Source: the human T2T-CHM13v2.0 reference genome, Homo sapiens. From it: a stretch of 64,000 nucleotides of DNA. The DNA is taken from assembly GCF_009914755.1 (NCBI RefSeq), contig NC_060944.1; one strand, given 5' to 3'. Under the pieces are notes generated by a model, which was given only the letters and a program-made list of their open reading frames with translations, did not search any database and was not told the origin of the DNA. The position numbers and the translations under genes are program-made. This document shows positions 58,291-64,000 of this stretch, one piece after another (the stretch's first letter is position 1; every line of letters starts with the position of its first letter).

Positions 58291-59259
58291 AAATGTATTA
58301 TCTCTCCTGTCTATTTGAGGATCGTGTCTTTAGTTTCATTTTGCTTTGATGGAAAACATCTTTTTTTTGAATAATTGGCTAGGTAGCGAGGTGAATGGTT
58401 TTTTGTTTTGTTTTGTTTTGGGTTTTTTTGGTAGAAAATTGGCCTTCTGTATTGGAATTGGATTTCTCACAAATTTTATTGCAGCCAAAGGTATAAAATA
58501 CATTTTCAAAATAGTTATATTTTAGCTGAAAACATGCCCTAGTATTCGGCTACTAAGAAAATTATAAAATTATAAAATCAGAAACTGCATGAGAGGGACT
58601 GGTAAGAACCACCATAACCAAACAATTTCAATTACAAACAGCAGCAGCATTGCTGAGAGGTGTTTTAGTAGTTAAGGAATATGAGTTTTCTCCTGTGTGT
58701 AAAGATCTGATGAGTGGTGGTGATTGGTTCAAGATGCCAAGGACATATCAGCTTTGCGCTGGATTATAAATAGCACAGGTATTTCAGCACGGTGTCTGTG
58801 GTACTCAGCAGAATAAACAGTTATATCCTATACTGACAGAGTGGAGTAATGTTTAGAGTTTGACTTTGGCCTTCTTTTCGCTCCTAACTTGTCAAAGTTG
58901 GAATCACATTTTTATTCATTTATCTTCAATCCATGACATTATATGTGATTCATATTTTGTTTGTCTTTTTTCTTGCTTAGTGAGTTATTTACTCTAAAAT
59001 AGGTCCATAGAATGAAGAAGAATTGAGTGCAAAATAAAAAGCCAAAGAAAACTTATATTTCCAAAATTTGATGAACTAGCTGGAAAAGGCAATATTCATG
59101 ATTGATAAGGAAGCTTGCTTGGTTGAAGGACGAGGTTGTCCATCCAAAGGGAAAAATAATTTGAGCTTAGTGTCATGGCTGAAGTTAGAAGTGATGGAAT
59201 TGAACATTTGAAGTAAAATCTTCAGTTTCTCTTATGATACAGTCCTTTTAAAAGTTTAA

Positions 59260-62200
59260 CTATTTGAATTATTAAACAAAAACCTCCAAAGAAAAGCCCA
59301 GGACCAGATGGTCCTACTAGTGAATTCTACAAAACATTCAAAGAACAATCAATACCAATTCTTCTAAAACTCTTCCAAAAAATAGATATGAGAGCATTCT
59401 TAGCTTATTCTATGAGGCCAGAACTACCTTGATACAAAAGTCAGGGGAAGACATCACAAGAAAAAAACAGACCAGTTTGCTCCATGAATATAGACACAAA
59501 ATACCAACAAACCCAAGTTAGCAGCATATTGAAAGGGCTATGCACAGAACCAAGTGGGAATCATTTCAGAAACACAAGAGGTGGTTCAACATATCCAACT
59601 CAATCAATGTGTAAGATACCACATTAGTAGGAGAAGGAGGGAGAAAAAAAAGATCATCTCAATAGATGCAAAAACAAGAAAAATATTTGATGAAATTCAA
59701 CACCCTGTCAAGGAAAAATAAAAACAAACACAAACTTGAACTAGAAAGGAACTCTCTCAACTTGATAAAGGCCATTCATGAAAAATCAAAGCTCATTCAT
59801 ACTCAATGGTGAAAGACTGACAGCTTTCCCCTAAGATTATGGACAAAACAAGGGTGCCCACTTTCACCATCTTTCCAGCATTGTTCTGGAATTCTGTCCA
59901 GAGAAGATAGGCAAGAAAAAGAAATTAAAAGACACCCAAATTGGAGAGGAAAAATAAAACTATCTCAAATTACAGATGATATAATTTTATGTAAAAACCC
60001 TAAGGAACCCAGACACACAAGCTATTAGAACTACTTAATGACTTTATTAAGATCAACACAAAAATAAATGAATAGCAATGAATCATCTGAAAGGAAATTA
60101 AGAAAAATAATTCCACTTATAATAGTGGAATTTCAATAGAATGAAATGCTTTAGAATCAATTTAACCAAGGAGGTGTAAGATATTACATTGAAAACTGTA
60201 AGATATTGTGGAAAGAAATTAAAGAAAATCTAAATAAATAGACATTCCATGTTCATGGTGGGAATATTAAGACAGTGACATGGTTTGGATGTTTGTCCCC
60301 TCCAAATCTCATGTTTAAATGTAATTCCCAAAGTTGGAGTTGGGACCTGGTAGGAGGTGTTTGTGTCACAGGGGTGAATTCCTCATGAAGTGCCCTTCCC
60401 AAGGTAATGAGCTCTCATTCTGTTAGTTCACGAGAGTTGGTCCTCTAAAAGAGCCTGGCATCTCTCCTGCTCCCTCTCACCGTGTGATACAACAGCTCTC
60501 CCTTTGCCTTCCACCATGATTGGAAGCTTCCTGAGGCTCTCGCCAACAGCAGATGACAGCAGATGACAGCACCATGCTTCCTGTAGAGTCTGCAGAACCA
60601 TGACCCAAAATAAACCTCTTTTTCTGTATAAATTAGCTGGCCTCAGGTATTTCTTTATAGCAAGCCCAAAATGGACTAATACAAATGACAATACTCTCCA
60701 AATCAATCTATAGATTAATTGTAATCCCTATCAAAATCCTGATGGCTTTCTATAAAGATAGAAAAACTGAACCTACAATTCTTATTAAAAAAAAAAAAAT
60801 TCAAGGGACTCAGAATAGCCAAATCTGTCTTGAAATGGAAGAACAAAGTTGGAGGACTCACACTTCCTGACTTGAAACTGACTACAATCCTACCCTAATC
60901 AGGATGTATAACACTGGCATACATATAGCCAGAGATCAAGGGAATAGAATTGAGAATAGAGGGGAAAAAAGCATAATATATGGTCAATTGATTTGCAACA
61001 AGGGTTTCAACATAATTCAATGGGATGGAATAATCTTTTCAACAAATGGTGCAGAGACAGCTGGATATCGCATGCAAAAGAATGAAATTTGACCTGTCTC
61101 ATGTCACATACAAAAACTAAGTTAAATTGTATCAGAAACAGAAATTAAGTGCTAAAACACTGCTGAATGAAAGCAAAGATCTAAATAAATCAAAAGATAT
61201 CCTGTGTCCATGGGTTGAAAAACTTAATGTTGTTAAGACAAATTGTTAAGCTCTTAGAAAAAAAAAATGGGGTCATTTTTTATGACCTTAGATTTGGCAA
61301 TGGTTTCTCAGATGTGACAACAAAAGTATAAACAACAAAAACATAAAATAGATAATTTAGACTTCATCAGTTTTAAAATCTTTTCTGTATCAAAGGATAC
61401 TATCAAGAGTAAAAAGATAATCCACAGAATGAGAAAACATTCTCAAATCACATATCTGATAAGTGTCTAACACCCAGAATACAAAGAATTATTATAACTC
61501 AACAACAAAGACTAACCTGATTAAAAATGGGCAAAAGCGCTGAATAGACATTACTACAAAGACGTACAAATGGTCAACAGGCATATGAACAAATGTTCAC
61601 CATCAATATCATTTGGGAAATTCAAATCAAAATTACAATAAGATAATACCACTCTGTACCCACTAAGATGGCAACAATAATAATAGTAAGCAAAGCATAG
61701 CAAGTGTTGGTGAGAATGAGAAGCAACTGGAACTCTTCCACCTTACTGGTGGAAAAGTAAAGCAATGCAGCCACTGTGTAACACAATCTAGCAGTTTCTC
61801 AGTAAGTTAAACACAGAATTACCATATGAACCAGCAAAATCACTCCCAGGTATAAATCTAAAAGAATTGAAAACAGGTGTTTGAACAAAAATTTGTACAT
61901 AAATATATATAGTTGTGCAATTCACCATAGCTAAAGGTAGAAACCCCAAATGCCCAATTGATGAATAAGTAAAATGTGGTATATCCCCAAAATGGAATGG
62001 TATTCAGCCATAAAAAGGAATGAATTACTTATACATGCTAAAACATTGATGAACCTTCAATCCTTTACACTATATGAAAGATGCCAAACATGGAGATCAT
62101 ATATTGCATGGTTTCATTTGCATGAAATGTCCAGAATAGGCAAATCAATAGACACAAAGTAGATGAGTGGTTACTAGAAACTAGGGATAGAGAGTGATGG

Positions 62201-62320
62201 TAAGTGATAACTTCATAGGTACAGATTTCCTCTTAGGACAATAAAACATTCTAGAACTAGAGAGTGATAATGGTAATGGTTGCACATGTGAATATACTTA
62301 ATATCACTGAACTGTATGTT
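59260..62320 (+). mobile_element. 5'-truncated L1MB-type element (ORF2 3' part and 3'UTR)
   Basis: aagaaaagcccaggaccagatgg ... ttttcaacaaatggtgc ... tattcagccataaaaaggaatgaa ... aatatacttaatatcactgaactgta. Confidence 0.9.
60276..60683 (+). mobile_element. MSTA-like MaLR solo LTR nested in L1
   Basis: tgacatggtttggatgtttgtcccctccaaatctcatg ... ctttatagcaagcccaaaatggactaataca. Confidence 0.92.
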
Positions 62321-63862
62321 TCTCTGTTTACAAAAGCACTATGTGTTCCCTACTAAAGGTTTCAGACACACAAAAGCAGTAAGAGAAAAATGAAATGTAC
62401 CTGTATTCCTTAAAATTAACTACAGTTATTTTTTAAAATTTTGATCCTTCCAGTCTGTCATGTGCATATGGGTGTGTGCACACAGTATTTATTTTCATTT
62501 CTAACAAAACTGTTATTTTACAGTACATAATGCTTTATAATCTGTTTTCCCCCTTCCTATATCATGAACATTTTCCCATTGTCATTTTGTATTCTCCCAC
62601 ATCACATTAAATGCCTAGATAATATTCCATCTTATGGATGTAACATAATTTATTTAGCCAATTTCTATTGTTGGATTCTAACATTTTAGAGTTGGAATAC
62701 ACTACAGACATTATCGCATCCAACTTATTTCTTTCCCGAGGTTTATAGCTGTAAGCCTTAAACACATGGCACACAAAGACCATTCACATGTTGAAAACAG
62801 AGTTAATTTTCCACTTTCCAGCTGGATTTGGGTGTTGTATGGGCTTTGGATTCACCATTCAGGAACCTGAAAGATGGAAATGGTGGTGGGGGGTGTGGTT
62901 AGGAGGGGGAATGAGCCAGGTGTAAAATAGTGCCCAAACATCAAAATTCTATCCTGAATGGTTTTGTTTTCCTGAAAAATAGATATGGAAGACCACAAAA
63001 TAGGTTGCATTGAATCTGTTGATGACAGTTCCATCATACAAAATAGATAATGCCTCAGAGAGAAGCAAATAAGTAGCAGAGCCCATGGCAATGAATGCCT
63101 CCTGTATTGAAGCAGTACTTTGCCTTACCCACAGTTCACAGAATGAGAACATCCCATCACTTGGTCACACTGTGCTGAGCTTCCCTTTGTGTTTCCAGAG
63201 GCGTATGAGCCAGGCATGAGAAGCAGTTCTTTACTTTTTCATTTTCATTGACAGTCAGAATCAGAGAAATCAGGATATTATCCAACAATGTCTTTAGATC
63301 CAGGTGACTCATATCAGGGTGAAAGTAAATATGTTCATTCCTTGAGGTATATAAGAAACACAACACATATTTTGGATGCCTTGAAGATCAGTGAAGCTGA
63401 TATGTATGTTTCCTAAGACGTTTCTCATGATAGGTAAGTTTTTCTAGCTAAAGCCATTAGACCTTACTTGTCACCAGGTCATTTCTCTTGTGGGTGACTT
63501 CTTACTGACTCCTTCTGTTGGTTTAGTTGGGTGTAGGAGGGTGCAGATGAGGCCTCATTAAATTGGCTAGATTTAAGCTTAGGCATTAATCCAAGTTGGA
63601 TTTGTTTTAAGAAGGATCATTTCTTGACCTTTCTTCCTATTACATTGAGTGGATTTTTCTTACTGAGTTATAAGAGGAGGGCATATAACTCAGGCACCAA
63701 TTATTTTCCTGTGTGTGTATATATATATATGTAAACAGGAAAATAGATATTTATTTGTGTTTAATGACTTGTGCCAGTTACAGAAGGATTTCTGTATGGC
63801 CCCAGTATGTCTTGACTAACTTGATGAGTTTACAGAATAAATATCTATTTATGTTTACTTGC

Positions 63863-63958
63863 AAGCAAAAGACATAGAAATAATATGTAATATATATATA
63901 ACATAAATATATATTATATGTTTATATATATATATTATTATTTCTATGTCTTTTGCTT
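63863..63958. repeat. AT-rich inverted repeat / quasi-palindrome
   Basis: aagcaaaagacatagaaataata (63863-63885) is the exact reverse complement of tattatttctatgtcttttgctt (63936-63958); the core is TA-rich and near-symmetric. Confidence 0.95.
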
Positions 63959-64000
63959 CCCATTAGACTGTATTCATGGTACACAGAAATTTTGAAAGGT

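Noticed and set aside
63180-63440. Plus-strand coding exon (acceptor-like tracts and a GTAAGT at ~63433)
   Set aside because: The frame I translated hits a stop before the donor and matches no protein I recognise; not supportable without expression data

Overview
Repeat-dense primate genomic DNA, almost certainly human because it carries a consensus-identical AluYa5. It looks intergenic or intronic. I find no intact protein-coding gene; the ORF track is explained by Alu, L1 and LTR sequence, a NUMT, or chance. About half or more of the window is interspersed repeat (L1PB, old L1M, L2, MIR, Alu, MaLR/ERV1 LTRs, hAT fossils). Five things stand out. (1) A 33 x 46-bp CpG-rich minisatellite whose main variable base switches a perfect RBPJ/CSL motif (CGTGGGAA) on or off. 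(2) A ~480-bp MT-CO2 NUMT inside a near-full-length L1PB; it keeps ancestral, non-human COX2 residues and has end-joining scars at both junctions. (3) An apparent 3'UTR-only retrocopy on the minus strand. (4) A young AluYa5 with a perfect 16-bp TSD. (5) A ~96-bp AT-rich palindrome near the window end. Repeat subfamily calls come from my memory of consensus sequences, not a search, and the boundaries of old repeats are approximate. I see no prokaryote-type system such as CRISPR or a defence island.
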